64,000 bases of DNA from assembly GCA_000934665.2 (NCBI GenBank), contig JYFJ02000410.1, positions 62,001 through 126,000 of the forward strand, read 5' to 3'. A model generated the notes under the pieces. The model saw only the letters and a program-made list of their open reading frames with translations. It searched no databases and had not been told where the DNA came from. Made by a program: the position numbers and the translations under genes. This document shows, piece by piece, positions 1 to 14,057 of this stretch (position 1 is the stretch's first letter; each line of letters starts with the position of its first letter). The DNA comes from Catajapyx aquilonaris. Its lineage: Eukaryota.

Positions 1-1794
1 GTCGCAGAGGGGGGAGGTTACGTTAAGGAAATTGGACGCCCAGGGATGATCTGGGGCTCAGCTAGCATGCACCCAAAATATTTTGTTCAAAAAAAATTTT
101 TTTTCGAAGTTTAAAAACCGAAAAGTTGTGGTGTGTTAATCAGGAAAGTAGTTAGTGTGTCTGCCATAGATGGCGCACACTCCCTCTCTGCACATTACTA
201 CCACTCGGGCCATGCGGAGGAAAGCGGTACTACATGCAACCTGGGCTAACAGTGGCACAGATTGAAGCCTATTTTTATGTAGAATTTTAAGCTGAAATTG
301 AGCTCAAATTTTTCCATACAGCTATATGCGATGAAAGGACTGAACTTTTGGGACGATTTATTCGTAAGATCAACTCGAAGCGCATTTGGGGAACGGTTAG
401 AGGCTTTGCTGCACTGAGTTAAGGGGAAAGCAGTTGTTGTTTGGAGGGAGTACGAGGAAGGGAGAGGGGGGGTTCGGTAATGTTTCTGTGGAGCCAATAT
501 ATATCGTAGCAGTCGGCTGGAAACGTCTCCAGTGCGGTTTCTGAGGACCCTGCGGTGGACCTCCAAAAAATTTCCCCTGAAAATCACGTGGCGCCACAGA
601 TGTTACCAATAGACGGCATGAATTGTTGTTGAAATTATGCTTTACAAAATATGGCTATAATATAGCTATAATACGACGGAAAAAAATACCAGGCCATGAG
701 AAAAACTTTGCTGTGTTTTGCTCCATTTTCTTCCCAACATTTCGGAGGATTCAGCATCTGCAACTTGGGGCAATGTCGCAACATCTAGGGAAGGATATGC
801 CACATTTACGTTTACTGCTATGGTTTTTTTCTTCTTTTTCTTTCTAACCTCCCCATCCGCATCTCTACAGCTCCTTTTTCCAGCCATTATTTTTCCTGCG
901 GAGCTCCAGACATTAGACCCACCTGCATTGCAGTGTGTATACACATGTAGTACCTTTTATTCATCCCATCTTTCGTGCTCGAAAAACATAAGAGACGAGT
1001 TGGAATGAAAATTGGATTTTAATAATTGATGCTCCGATGTCCTTGCTTGGCTTGCTGATTTAACGTATGTGCAGGTAGAGTAATTAATTATGCCAAGTTC
1101 CAGTTTCAACTTTTGGAACGTAAAACAATGGACGTCACGGTTAAGAGATGATTTAAATTGGGTTTTAAACTGCCTCTAGCAATGTGGGAGTAAGTTTGTA
1201 ATTGCGAGTAATCAGTTGGCAAATTATTGGCCAGACGATTGGAGATTAATTATAGGCGAATCAAGTACTGAGCTTTTACGTAAGGAAGGTATTGTATTAA
1301 ACCAATGAAAATATTTACAAACGAATAGCGCAGATGTAGATTTATATTAAAATGCAACTACTAAAACTTATTTAAAATGGCCTGCTGACATTTTATGTAA
1401 ACGTGAACTGGCATTGTTTTGCACATATTTTTATTAATGCCCTAGTGTGAGAAATATTAAACTTGTAAGAGCCGTTTGAATAATATTATTTTGAAAATAC
1501 CGAGTCATAAGAACCAGTTAAAGAGTAAGAAAAACTCGACTCTGAAAAGTTAGAGAATCCATCAGGCGCAGATTTTCCTCCACTTCGATTTTGCCGCTCA
1601 AGTTTTCAAGCAAAGAGCTATGAAAGTTTCCTTGCAAGTTAACTTCGCCCCAGTCCCAGATCCTAGTTTTCTCTTTTTCCAACTTAAGACACCCCCAAAA
1701 ACTATTTAATGCCTGGCCACTTTTAAGACAAAAGAAAAATCCAGTGACCACCATCGATTATCATTAAACATTTTAAGTGTATGCGACCACATCC

Positions 1795-1899
1795 CCCCCC
1801 CCACCCCAAATCTTGCAACATTGAATGGGAATATAAAAAAAGCGAAGNCCCCCCCACCCCAAATCTTGCAACATTGAATGGGAATATAAAAAAACGAAG
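1795..1899 (+). repeat. Tandem duplication of a ~53-bp unit
   Basis: Two adjacent near-identical copies of C-run + ACCCCAAATCTTGCAACATTGAATGGGAATATAAAAAAA(G)CGAAG at ~1795-1847 and 1848-1899. Confidence 0.9.
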
Positions 1900-3847
1900 A
1901 GTTGGTTCTAGACGCTATTATCTGTATTGGTTACCGTGACAGATAATTGGCTATTAGGCGCACAGCACGTAGCGTTTAGTTGAATCGAACTTCTCGCATC
2001 GATTTGCGGTAATTCTGACTCTCTCCTGGGGTAGAAGCAACTCTAGAGAGGAGGGGGAGGCGAGGCCTTGAATAAACGAAACCCAAATTACCCTTATAAA
2101 AACACACCCCTTGCAACTGCTCCCTATTTTGTCAATTAAGACGGGGAAAAACGTTCCCTTTTTTTCGTCAATTAACCCCAAAAAAAATAATCAGTTTCGT
2201 GTCAAGTGGTGCTGCATATCCCTCAGAGACTGGTGGGGTAAATAATTAAATGGCGTGCCAGATTATTTAATGCTTTTGTCCAGGCTGTTTTTATTCCCCT
2301 GACTGTAGTTTCAAGAGGTGGGTTGTATTGTTGTGGGAGGTGGGGTAGAGTTTAACCCCAATTATTTCCGGAGTCACGCACTTCGTCCACCCCTCTTTTC
2401 ACCCCTTGAAAAACGAATAGGGTTCCCTCGAGATAGTGTGTCCAGAGTTGGAAAGGAAAAAAAATACTTTGTGACACTGGACATTTTGAAGTGTGTACAT
2501 TTGCTAGGACAACGAGTTGCAAGTTTCGATTGCAACAATATTTTTTTTGTCCTCTCCGTCCGGACTAGTACTCTGGACACCTGAAGAGATTTTGACATGG
2601 CATGAAGGGAATGTGTCGCAGCGAGCTTGATGGAATGTGGTTATTATGCCGAGTCCAGTAATGTTTCGTGTTGGAAGTAGTTTCAACTCAATTGTCGAAA
2701 TGCCCTAGTTTTTTCTGTAGTGACATCAAAGAATAAACTACATGTAACACATTCTTTTGCAAATAATTGTGTAAGGAGGCTATAAGTAGCCTACGTGTGT
2801 AAAAATTCATTAAAGTCCATTTCTCTTACGTTATTAACCCAAAATGCGACTGATTTCTCATATTGTTAAATTTTTTTTGTTTAATTAGCAAATGAAGAAC
2901 TAAACCAATAACTAAATACTGTATCTAGCGACTGTACAAGTGTCATATATGTAGGACTCTAGATATATCTGGGTTAATGGAATTGAATCAGGTGTGCATG
3001 CAGCTTAAACTGACCACTACTCTATTGTATAATTTATGTGTCTCACCGCATTTTGCAAATTTATATCCATAAACTGCACGGTAATTCTCTGCAAAAATCA
3101 CATGTTTATATTGCATGTACTTACCATCATAAAGCTGGATGTTGGCCTCTTGCAAAATGGATATTTTTGTAACCCGTCAAATTATGGCTGCACCGATTAC
3201 AAGCCAACGACCTCTTCTCCCTCCACTTCCCATATAAAATATATATACTGTGCTCTGTAAAGGATTTGCCGCAATATACTCTAATAGAGAGCCAGGTTTC
3301 ATGGAGGATTTATCGGATACGCTATCTTCATTTGATTTTTCTACAGTGTAGGCCTGCACTTTTCCTGATTGCAAAGGTTGACCCATTTCTTCTTTTTGTT
3401 GTACTAAAACATTAAAAAAAAGTGTTTCTGTGGACTGCACTGCGCAATCGATCAAAAAAGTAGGTACGTCGCACTTGAAAAGTCAGGCCCGCCTCGAATG
3501 GAAATTAACGTCAGTTCACGGATTGTTTGCTATTTACATATACTCTGCAGTATGTACTGAGTGCTTCTGTTTATTTTACCGAATGGCGTGGCTCCAGACT
3601 GATTGTATAAAAAGGGGCGCTTGCGATAAGTTTAATGTTCCATGCATGAGCAAGCACTTCTGCTGCAATAACCAAACGATGAGCATAATGAAGCAATTAG
3701 GAAAAATTTTGATTACTATTTAATTTAAGTGTGTGCAGGTTCCGGATTAATATAATTTCGTAGGTGGAAAAGTCCGGTCTAGCATTGTTATGTGTTTACA
3801 TTGAAGTTACAAAATATGACTCATTTTCAAACCGTTAACTGTACTTT

Positions 3848-3970
3848 CCTTACCTAACCTGATCTAACCTAATTAGGTTGGGTTAGATAAGGTTAGGTTA
3901 GGGTTAGGTTAGATAAGGTTAGGTTAGGTTACAACCTAACCTTATGTAACCTAACCTAATCTTATCTTAT
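3848..3970. repeat. Degenerate interstitial (TTAGG)n/(CCTAA)n array with two orientation switches
   Basis: CCTAA-type units at 3848-3872, TTAGG-type at 3873-3931 and CCTAA-type again at 3933-3970. Palindromic junction AACCTAA|TTAGGTT at 3872/3873. Confidence 0.85.
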
Positions 3971-5670
3971 GATGTGTTACCTCACCTTTGATTCAGTTTA
4001 ATCTGATCAAAATTGTGTACAAGAAGTGTATGTTCAGTACAAACCAAGTGTTTCATTTTGTGTGTATTCCTCTCACCACAATCCACTTCGAAGCATGTAA
4101 CTCGATCTGATTTGCATTCCCTCACCGAGCATGTGATAAGAAATTGCATGAGCCGCACCCGTTGGGTCGATGCGTGCCTTTCTCCAAACCCCTCGCGTTC
4201 CCCAAAAACCGGGGGCAATAAAGTTTGAAGATAATTTGCCCCCTCCCCCTTCTGCATACCCCCTCCGAATTCTACTGCAAGACAAAGCGCACATAACTTG
4301 CCTTTTTTTGGTACTCGCAATGCACATTTCACTGCCAGAGAGAGAGAGAAAAAAGTGCGGTCCATCACATTTTCCTGGTCTGCACCTGGGAAATGTAACC
4401 TTGCAAGTTCTCTCCGGGCGCATGGGATTTATCCGCAAAGCCCTAAAGCGCCACGTACCCCCGGAGTAGGATCTCCTCTGCAGGTAGACTACGACGCCAT
4501 ATTCCCGCTGGGATTATTGGCAAAATGATGTAAAATGCATGAGAGGCTGCCAATCCTCCCCCTCCCCTCTCCCACCGTTCTTTCCTCAACGACACCCTAG
4601 AGGCTGTTATCACCACTGGTCAGCTCTGGGAGACTCTCCAGAAAAAAATTGAAGGTGGACACCCACCCACTCTGTTTTTAAATATGTATTTTTGAAACAC
4701 AGTGTACATCCGTACACTACACCTGTACGACCCTGAGAGTGGCAATAGTGTGAGCCATTTATGTGAGGGACATTGTATACCACATGGACTATATACACCC
4801 AGTTTACAAGCTGCCACCTAGCTTTACACTAACAATCTTGTCCGACCTACAGTGACCTCAGACATCCATTTTGAAAGAGATGACCTGTTCTCCTCCCATT
4901 TTTATTCCACATTCATGATGACGCTTGAAGTTTCACGACTAAACCCCCTCCGTATCACCCGGAGTCAGATTGGCTCGAAAAAAATGGGCGTAACCCACTT
5001 TCTACAGTGTTGCAAAAAAAATAGTTTGGTCGCACTATCTCCTCCACTAACGAGTGTATGAGGAACGAGCGGATTTATACCCCGGGTACTGCGGGGAAAG
5101 CTCCGGAGTGATTGACGTTTTATGGTGGCGCAAGCGTCAGACGTAACGACGCCTCTCTATGACCAGAGATAGTTTTATCCCGCCAGATGGGGGAGAGAGG
5201 AGGAGGAGAAAGAAAAAAAAGTTGAGTAGAAAATGGCAAAAACATAGTTTGGTCTCGGACAGGAGCCATGAAATATATATAATTCTCACCTCTTGATCTA
5301 TATAAAGTAGCGCAATTGCTGCACCTGAAACCGAATAAGGTCCACGGTGCGGATGAAACCCGATAACCAGGACATGTTCTGCCCGGACTGGTGATCAATA
5401 GGGTCTTCACAGCATGTGATATTCATGCAAGGGACTGGACATAAAATGCGCTTCGTTTACACGGCAGGGATGAAAGTGGGCCAAGCCCGGACCCGGTTTA
5501 AAATATTTAGTTACTCTCAAAGATTTCTCTAAAAGATTTTATTTGCAAGCTAGTGAGGAAGTTGATCAAAATTACGAAAATGTTATTTTTTCCACCTAAA
5601 AAGAGAGCAAGAAACGAACCGAACAAGCGATATACGATAACAACAAAACTAATACAGAAACGATGCAGGA

Positions 5671-5976
5671 AATCAACGAAACAAATAATGTAGGCTACGA
5701 GAACACCAAAAGAATTAATCAAACGATGTAAAACTTAACTAAACAAACGATACAAAACAAAAGAAACAAACGATATGACAACAAAAGTAAACAAACGATG
5801 TAAAAATCAACAAAGCACAAAAAAGTGCTTTGTTGATTTTTTACATAGTTTGTTTACTTTTGTTGTCACATCGTTTGTTTCTTTGGTTTTTGTATCGTTT
5901 GTTTCGTTAATTTTTACATCGTTTGATTAATTCTTTTGCTGTTCTCGTAGCCTACATCATTATAGTTTCGTTGATT
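5671..5976. repeat. ~306-bp foldback palindrome inside a degenerate AAACAAACGAT minisatellite
   Basis: Arm 5671-5818 (AATCAACGAAAC...ATCAACAAAGCAC) is the near reverse complement of arm 5825-5976 (GTGCTTTGTTGAT...GTTTCGTTGATT), with an A6 loop at 5819-5824. The same sub-repeat continues in direct orientation at ~5610-5670 and ~6000-6060. Confidence 0.92.
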
Positions 5977-8840
5977 CGTTGATAGTTTCGATGATGACGA
6001 AAGAAACGATATACGAGAACAAAAAAATGAAGTAGAATTTCAACGAAACAAACGATGTAGACCCAAGTACAGTATAGCTCAACTCGAATTATGACTCCTC
6101 TGTATGCCATGTCTGTACCTACTTCTGAAAGCAGATTCTGCCCACCCCAATATCTTATGTTTGGAGTACGCTGACAACATCGCCCTGTAGATTTCTTTGA
6201 AATCCAAGCTGCTCCCCCATTTGCTATTACTTATACTCGAGAGCAGCTCAGTAACTTGTAAGAAAAACGTGACGCATGTGAGTACCGCAATCCAAGCAAA
6301 TCGCGTGCAGCACGACTCAAATATTTAGTCAGCCCCTGAGAAGCAGGGAGAGAACCCCGTGGTCTTCAATTCCGGGCTCATGACTCTCAGTGCATGTATA
6401 CAGGGTGAGCTAGAAGTAACATTGCATACAGTACAAGCAGTACATTACGTCACGTACTAGACGTTCACTTGCTGCTTCTATCAGCTAAATAACTAACAGC
6501 CTGTGTATGTATACTTTTTTTTAAAGGTAATGTGGGGACTAAATCATGTCGTGTGGAAAATGGCTCTGCTTCCTCTTCTTTTTCATCCCAACGGCGGACA
6601 CTGATTGGATGAGGTGCCAAAGCAATAAGCGTTCGGGAGGGGGGCAGAACCTAACAATGCTATTGATTGCTCTAGGTTTTTTTTCCCCACCCCGTCGTAC
6701 TCTTTCAGGGGGGCGGAGGGCACCAGGCAAGGGCAGGCCTCAAAGGATTGGAAGGGAAAGAAAGGAGATGGGGGAACTCCGCACACCTACAAAAATAAGC
6801 TTAGTTCCGGGAGCAGGGCACAAAATTGGACCGGACAATTCCGGGACACTTGTACCATCCAGACGTAACGACTTGGGTCTGGGAAAAAGGACTGGGAAGG
6901 TTTTTCAATTTACAAGAGGTTCAATCTCGGATGCGGTGTGCCGTTAGTCTTTGATTGATGATTTGTCGCATTCCAGTGAAGGTTGACGCGTGAACATATG
7001 AGAAAAGAAACGATGTGGCGAAAATATTGATGTAGGATTGTGCTAAGATCTGCCCAAATGGACCTTGGACTATCTACAGAAATTAATTAATATATCAGTT
7101 ATTTTTTTCTGAAAACGATGGTAGCATTTTTCTTGTTTATTGCAACATTAATTTTATTTGTCACCTCTAAGCTCCGAAGGATAAGTATACGTGGCCATTA
7201 CATGTGCTATTAACCACTGTTCTTGCAAATAGCTTTTAAGTACTCTAGTGCACCGAAGACTGCACCTGCCCACACTGTAGCCTCTATTGTAACCAATGCA
7301 ATGTCGTGCACAGTGTCTGAATTATATTACTTCAAGTGGAAACGTGTTGTTATACCCAAGCCAGCTTGCACCTGAAGCTCCAGAAAAAGACAAAAAGGCT
7401 CCGGAATTTCAGATTTCCCCAAAGTCTTATAATACTGCACGGGTATATACGGATACGTATAGTACATTGCAACTGGGGACTGCTTTTTGCCTCGGCGCGT
7501 CTTATTGCAAAATTGCGTTAGTTTTTGCATCGTCGCACAATTTTATTCTGTGTGGCTCGCATTTTTCAGATGACATATAGGGTGTTAAGTCGCAAAAAGA
7601 TTCATTTTTAAATGCAACTCAAATTGACCAAACACAATAATTATATTTTGAACGTGTAAGAATATGTCATAACGTGCAAAAAAATGTAGTGAAAAGCTAC
7701 GTCTTTTAATTGCGAATTCGGCACTTTAGAGTCCTGATTTTTTTACATGAAAATTGTCTGAATCCCACACCCTGTACGGGATCGCAGTTTTTTGTGGTTG
7801 CGAATCACGATATTTGTAGGTGTAGCGTGTAGCTAATCCTTATAGCACCGTGGCCTTTCTTGCGAAGTGTGCAATTTTAGACCACTCTATCGATTAACTT
7901 TCCTGCTAGCTGCCTCCCCTCCCCTCCCCCAACCTTTTCCTCCCAGACACACTAATGAGAGTAGAGAAATGAATTACATTTGTCTACGTTTTGTGCATGT
8001 AGACAGACGGCTGTATAAATTGTGAGTGTCATCAGTGTCGAGCACTTGGACACTTTGCTAGGTGGAGAGAAAATTTTCAGATATAGGAGAGAATACCAGG
8101 TCCGAAGAGAGAGAGATTATTCTTATTGTCGTCCCCTCAGGACCGAGCTCTAATGACAGCATTTCGTGAGATGTCGATTCACACACACACACACACACAA
8201 AAACGAGGCCATTACTCAATCCTGATTATTCAACTTCATTAATCATGATTAAGGTTCGACCTACTTTTTTCCCCCAAGCTATAGAGAGAAAATGGAGGGT
8301 ATGCAAAAAAAAGGGGGTCAGGTATTTTTGGGGCTTGGGATTTTTACTGATTCTAATCTTTCGAATTGGTGTTTTCCTGTTTCGAGTATAAGCTTTGCCA
8401 AGGCGGAAATTAGGAATCAGGAGGGGAAAATTGCCAACCTCCTGAAGCTTTGTCGTTTGCTCCATCCTGCTTGCACTGTTAAGATCTTGGGGGGGGNGAG
8501 GGGGGGGGGGAACAGACCCTGAAGCACACTCGCATCCTGGAAGCTCTACAACCAAAGCTTCAGAATGAAAAAAAGAAGTCATCAACATGTTTTTGCTCCC
8601 CTTTTCTTGTAATTACGCTAATGAACTGCACAATCCTAAGCTTCTTATAACGAAAGAAGCAGGATAAACAAAAATCTTGGAATATATTTTTAATTATGGG
8701 CAGTGAATGCACGAGGTCAGTGCACCCACTTGACCGATAGGTTAACTCGCAGACATATTGAGCGAGAATTTCAACTCAAAATGCGCTCTAATATCTGCTA
8801 ACTTATTATAACCTGCTATTTTACTTCACTGCACGTTATA

Positions 8841-9166
8841 CAGGGTGTTTCAGCTTTTTTTGTCCGAACAGTTATCGGAAAATTGCACGTAGCTGCTACT
8901 TTGTAAGCAGTGACTTTCAAACGGTGATTTTTCGGAGGAACGGGGAATACTCCCTGCGAATCGTAGGTTGAAGTGGCATACGTGCCCGCTGAAAATTGAG
9001 GGTCGAGCCTGGAAAAAAGAAGGTCACACATGCCATGGGATGTGTGACCCTCTTTCCTCATTCCCCATTCCTCCGACAAATCACCGGTTGCAAGTCACTT
9101 CTTACAAAGTAGCAGCTATGTGCAATTTTCCGATATCTGTTCGGACAAAAAAGTTGAAACACCCTA
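8841..9166. mobile_element. Tc1/mariner-type MITE, 326 bp, ~108-bp TIRs, TA target duplication
   Basis: TA|CAGGGTGTTTCAGCTTTTTTTGTCCGAACAG... (8841-8948) pairs with ...CTGTTCGGACAAAAAAGTTGAAACACCCTA|TA (9060-9166). Internal hairpin GGTCACACAT-N8-ATGTGTGACC at 9022-9049. Confidence 0.92.
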
Positions 9167-12100
9167 TATAATTATTCTACTTCACTATGTTATTTTATTA
9201 GTTTGCCTTTAGTCTACTATTGTACTTAACTCGACAATATTATTTTATTTAAATTTATCATTTTACTTTACTTTATTTTGTGGGGCGGTTAAGTTGGTCA
9301 GAGGCACACTATAAAACATCTCCTGTAACCTTTGATGTAACTTTTAAAACACAGGCTTCAATACACCCTTCTTTGTCCCATCATGAGTATAGTTCCCATA
9401 TGCCTTGTCCTCCTCCCTTCTCAGCCAATCGATCTTTTGGCAAAAAAAAATAGAAAGAGGAGGAAGAAGAGAGAGGTAAAAAAAAGGTGAGGCCAGGTGC
9501 CGCCGCAATTTATCGTATGGCCATTAGTCGGTTCTTCCTGAAGACGCCCAGCCTCAAAGATGGCCGTCTCTTCGACCTTCTTTCTTTTTTAGGAGGAGGG
9601 CCCACTTTATAAGGATTGACTGCGGAGACGCTTTGCGACGTCCGCAACAGTCAATTAGCAGCATGTGATAAAGAGATCGGGTTTCAAGGCGGCCACTAAC
9701 AGGGGGGGAAGTTGGATGGAGGTTTTAAAAACAGCAATATGTTGATACTTTCCATGATATAGGCTAGGAGGCAATAGACGTCAACAACAGATGCCACCAG
9801 ATGTAACCATTTATAAAACAGTTGATAAATATTTTTTCTCTACGGACTTTCTGGACCTGTCAATTTATTTATTTTATAAATATCTACTTTGTATTTTATT
9901 TTTGATCGTTTATTTTGCTTATTTTATTTCAGGAATTATTTGATTCCATTTATGTTCTGTTATTGCTGCATTTTATTTTAATGACCTGTGCTGTTTGATT
10001 TATTTCATTTATTTATTGCATTTGGTTCATTATTGAGATATTTGGATCCTGTGTTTGTTTGTTTTCTCCAAATTTTGATTAATGTTTTTTACGTCAGTTA
10101 AAAATATTGTCTTCCCCTAGACACTCGCGGCAACCCACATTTCAGGCCTTTACATACGATTTTAGGCAGTTTTCTGATAATTTGGCATTATCGAATAGAA
10201 AATAATAGTCCATGGCCAACATCTTAAGAGCCTGGTTTTACATGACACAATCATAAAATTGGCTCGAAGGGAAACAGCCGGTATTAAACAGCCGAATTTA
10301 AATGCAAAGCGTCTGGTTAGTAGTCATAACGTAATTAATAGCGCCATATTTCTGGTTCAGTTAATTGAACTTGCATTGGGAAAGTGAAACATGTGTGCCC
10401 TAGTATTGATTGTTACCATTACATAAAAACCTGCGACCAGAGTGCCAACAGTTTTCAAACCGTTTCATTAACTTGTGAATAATTCAATTCAAAGCTCGAA
10501 AATGGGGTGCGCGTCAAATCTATTTTTTTCCTATACTTTTTGTGTGTGCTGATATATAGGAATAGAAGTAGCTTCGTGTTATAGGTGCTGGTGGCAGGTG
10601 GAAGTTCAACAAAAGCGGCCAATTTACCTGCCACAGCTGGAGCGTGAAAATGTCATTTTCCTGGCGACAAAACTTGACAGTGACATCACACAAAAAAAAG
10701 AAAGTCGAGCCCAAAATCCTGCCAATAAAAGTGTTTCCCCAAAAAGTTTGATTCGATTCGGCATAACATTAAATCCATCCTTCTCCCAATGGACTTACAC
10801 CCTTCTTTTTTTTAAACTTTTATCGTTTTCTGTCCCGCGTCTTGGGGGAAAAAAAGCTTTTCCCCAAAATCTGAATCCCTTCACCGAGCAATATTATTTC
10901 TGGTCATGAATTCGCAACGACACTTCAATCGGTTCACAGCCGAACGGAGTCGAATTTTCCAGTCCATGGAGCTTCACCGTTGCAGCCATTATTCCTTTCC
11001 TTTCGGTAACGGAGAGAACCCGGAGTGCTCTCGATTACGGGAACTCGAATAATGGAGAGAACCCAGGCCTCCATCCAGTTGTGTCGTGCTGGAATCAAGA
11101 GGGAGTAATTTTTCCAACAAAAAAAATTAATTTCAAAATTTTAATATTAGATCCAACTGAAATCCACAAAGTCCAAAGAGCAAGTTTCAAGATAATGGAA
11201 AGGAAATATTTTGACACTTCTGTAACCCGTGACGGTGGCGCCGCCGCGCCGTTTTTGGTTAGGGTTGCCTGTGATGGTGGCGCCCCCACCTCTTGGATAA
11301 AAGGGGGGTGCTGGTACTGATGAGGGACAGTCGTATTCTGTAGAGAGAGAGAGGAGGTCGAAATAAAAGTCCGTCCAGACACGTACCCCTTTTTCTTTTC
11401 GTGGTGTAGTGGGCCCCGGTGGGGACACACACTATAGTATTTCACCGTAAAGGTGACACTTCTCTATGTGGTTTAGTGTAGACAGAAAATTCGTGTTTGC
11501 TGGCTCGTTATGAGCAGAGTAAATGGACTTCACATGGCGATATATCACAAAGTATGATACCGGTACTATAGTGTAAATTTAAAGAATTAGGGTCATCATG
11601 CTTCATTAACAAACGATACAACCATTTTGTGACGTCAGAAAGTTATAGCTACAGTGCAACCCTGTACTATAGCAAAGGTCCAGAAGTGATGTTTCCGTCG
11701 CTTATTCACACTGTACTGTACTGTACTGGCTAAAATTTGCAGTAAAAAAGAGAGAGAATAATCCACTCGCATGAATTACTGTATGGGCAAAAATATACAC
11801 ACGGAAGTCCGGCATTAAGTACACTCAAGTACCGAGGGATTACAGCTCTGTGTTTAAAGCCTCTTTGAAGCCCGCTCCTGTCCATTTCGCTATATTCAGC
11901 ACTATTCCACCCCATCATAATTCGGGCACATAAGTTTCACTTAGCTGGAATATTTGGAAAAAGCAGCTGGAGAAAAAGTACGACACTCCTTCACCTCCAT
12001 TTTTGGCAACAATAGCCCCTATTGTAATTTCTCATTTTGAATGAAGAAGCATGGAAAAGGAGCTGCCAACAAAAAAATCACACGACCTTCATCGCATTGT

Positions 12101-13960
12101 TAATGATAGAGTGTTGGAGGTAGAGGGGTTGGAATTCAACCTATTCGAAGGCAACAAAGAAGCCAGGAAATTACCAGCTGCAGGGCGTCAAATAGAGCCG
12201 ATGGGAAGGTGACGATTCGCAAAAGGTCTCTTCTCTCTCTGAAGGAATGTAGGTTGGCCCCCAGACCTCTTTTGTTGCTAGGAGAGGTTCCGATATCAAA
12301 ATGGAAGTTTACAGTGTTAAGCCAAGTAGAGGTGACGAATAAAACAGGGCGGTGCAAAATTTGAAGTAAAATTGAGCTGATTCCCAGCCATGCCGATAAG
12401 TTCTGATCAGCCCAAGCAATGATAGGAAGAAAATCCAAATTTTTTATGTTCGCTGTATATGTGGAGAAAGTTTGGTGGAGAAGATGGGGGGCCAGTAGCT
12501 GAAATTTCGATTGGAGTTTTTGTAATGGCAAAACGCATCGAGCCAGTAAGAAGGTTTTAGGAGGGAAACGTTCGTATTGTTGTCTGAGCCCTTATCGGAT
12601 TTGGAAGGAGGGGAGAGAAAATGGGCGTTGGGATTGAGAAATGTTTTGCTTTGGTATATATTGTATCAGGTTCTGGCCAAATGCGCAGGAAGTTTCTCTC
12701 CAGAGGGATTCAATCACTTACGAACTATATACACTCAGCCGATTCGGGCTCAACGTACCGTGTGTCATAATTCAGCTTTCATTCACGGGAGTAGCAAATT
12801 GCTTCTGAATACGGTCTTATACTGTTAGTTCGATCTATCCTAGTCTTGGACTAGCCCACCTATTCCCAGAATCAGCAAGTGCTTATTGAATACCGACCTT
12901 TGACTTAGTCCACATTAGTCTGCCCCTACCATAATCCGGGGGACCACCATTGACATTTCCATCCCATCAATCATGGCGTGCACAATGCGCCTAGTAATCT
13001 CTAAACCATCGGACTTGATTGTTGACGTCGTACCCTCGTCGCAATACTCTCCATTAACGGCTTGCCAATGACGTCACCTCTGTTTGGCTTCCATTAGTCC
13101 CCATTTTTTTCCTCTCTCTCCTTTTTTTTTGTGTGCATGCAAAACCATTAATCTCTAGTTTTTTAGTGGGAGGGGCATCCCAGCAGCACAAATGAAGAGT
13201 CCCGCAATGTGATGTCCAAAAATGGGAAGTTGAATAAGAGGAATGGAACGTCGATGGCTGGGTATTGAAGGTATTTTCCTGATGGTGGTGTGGGTGTGGG
13301 TGGGTGGGTGGTAGGTTGGACATCCATTGTGGGGAAGTGGTGCGAGTTGCCCGCTGCAGCCACCGCGGTCTGTCACTTCCGCCTGGCTTTCAATTATTCC
13401 CTCCCCCCTTTTGCATTGTGCCGGCCGATGAGACGATTAGTGGCCGTGCTTTCTCTCCGACGCTTTCCATCAATGTCTCGTCTCATTGTCAGCGACAAAA
13501 CATCCTCAGCAGTCAGAGAGCCAGAGAGCCAGGTCGCCCACCTATCAAAAGGAAGGGCCATCGGTAATTACTAGGTGGATCAATCTAGTGCAAAGCTCAC
13601 GTGATGCGCAGTAATCGCACTTTAGCGGCAACATGACATGAAAAGTAGCCGTTATTCTCGTGTAACTGCTATGAGTAGCCTCACTGCTAAATAAGCTAGC
13701 CATTGTTATGGGGTGAGTGACCTTCAATGCAGACATCTCAGGGTCACTGACCTTTAACGTGGAACAGGCCACAGGAAATGTAATATAGGCCTACGTAATA
13801 TACAGTATATTTATTTTCAAATTTGGAATTAAATTGATTGTAATTAAGTCATCTACCAGAAACAGTAAAAGCTCTTATTACTAGGTCATACGGAAAGGAT
13901 CCGTGTTGACCCGTTTTGACCTCGTGTCCTAGCTGACATGGCTGCAATCACATGTATTAA

Positions 13961-14057
13961 TATTAGTTAACACTATTAGAATATTGATATTAGTTAACAC
14001 TATCCGAATATTGATATTAGTTAACACTATACGAATATTGATATTAGTTAACAATAT
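13961..14057 (+). repeat. 27-bp minisatellite, ~3.6 copies
   Basis: Unit TATTAGTTAACACTATNNGAATATTGA starting at 13961, 13988 and 14015, with a partial copy at 14042. Confidence 0.92.

Noticed and set aside
6505..6532. AG|GT at TTTTTTTTAAAG|GTAATG as a ratchet point
   Set aside because: AAG is a poor acceptor and another AG directly follows the CTAAC motif. Similar weak AG|GT sites at 36692 (nearby upstream AG, GTACCT donor) and 39910 (GTTCAT donor) were also dropped.
7578..7774. Possible further MITE (TAGGGTGT...ACACCCTG)
   Set aside because: Only about 7 terminal bases match and the inner similarity is too weak to call.
8816..9171. Pair of similar antiparallel ORFs (NHRLKVTAYKVAA / NHRLQVTSYKVAA)
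   Set aside because: They are translations of the two TIRs of the MITE, not genes.
13961..14057. CRISPR-like array (also 55708-55821 and 5610-6060)
   Set aside because: The units are contiguous with no unique spacers, there are no cas genes, and the context is eukaryotic.
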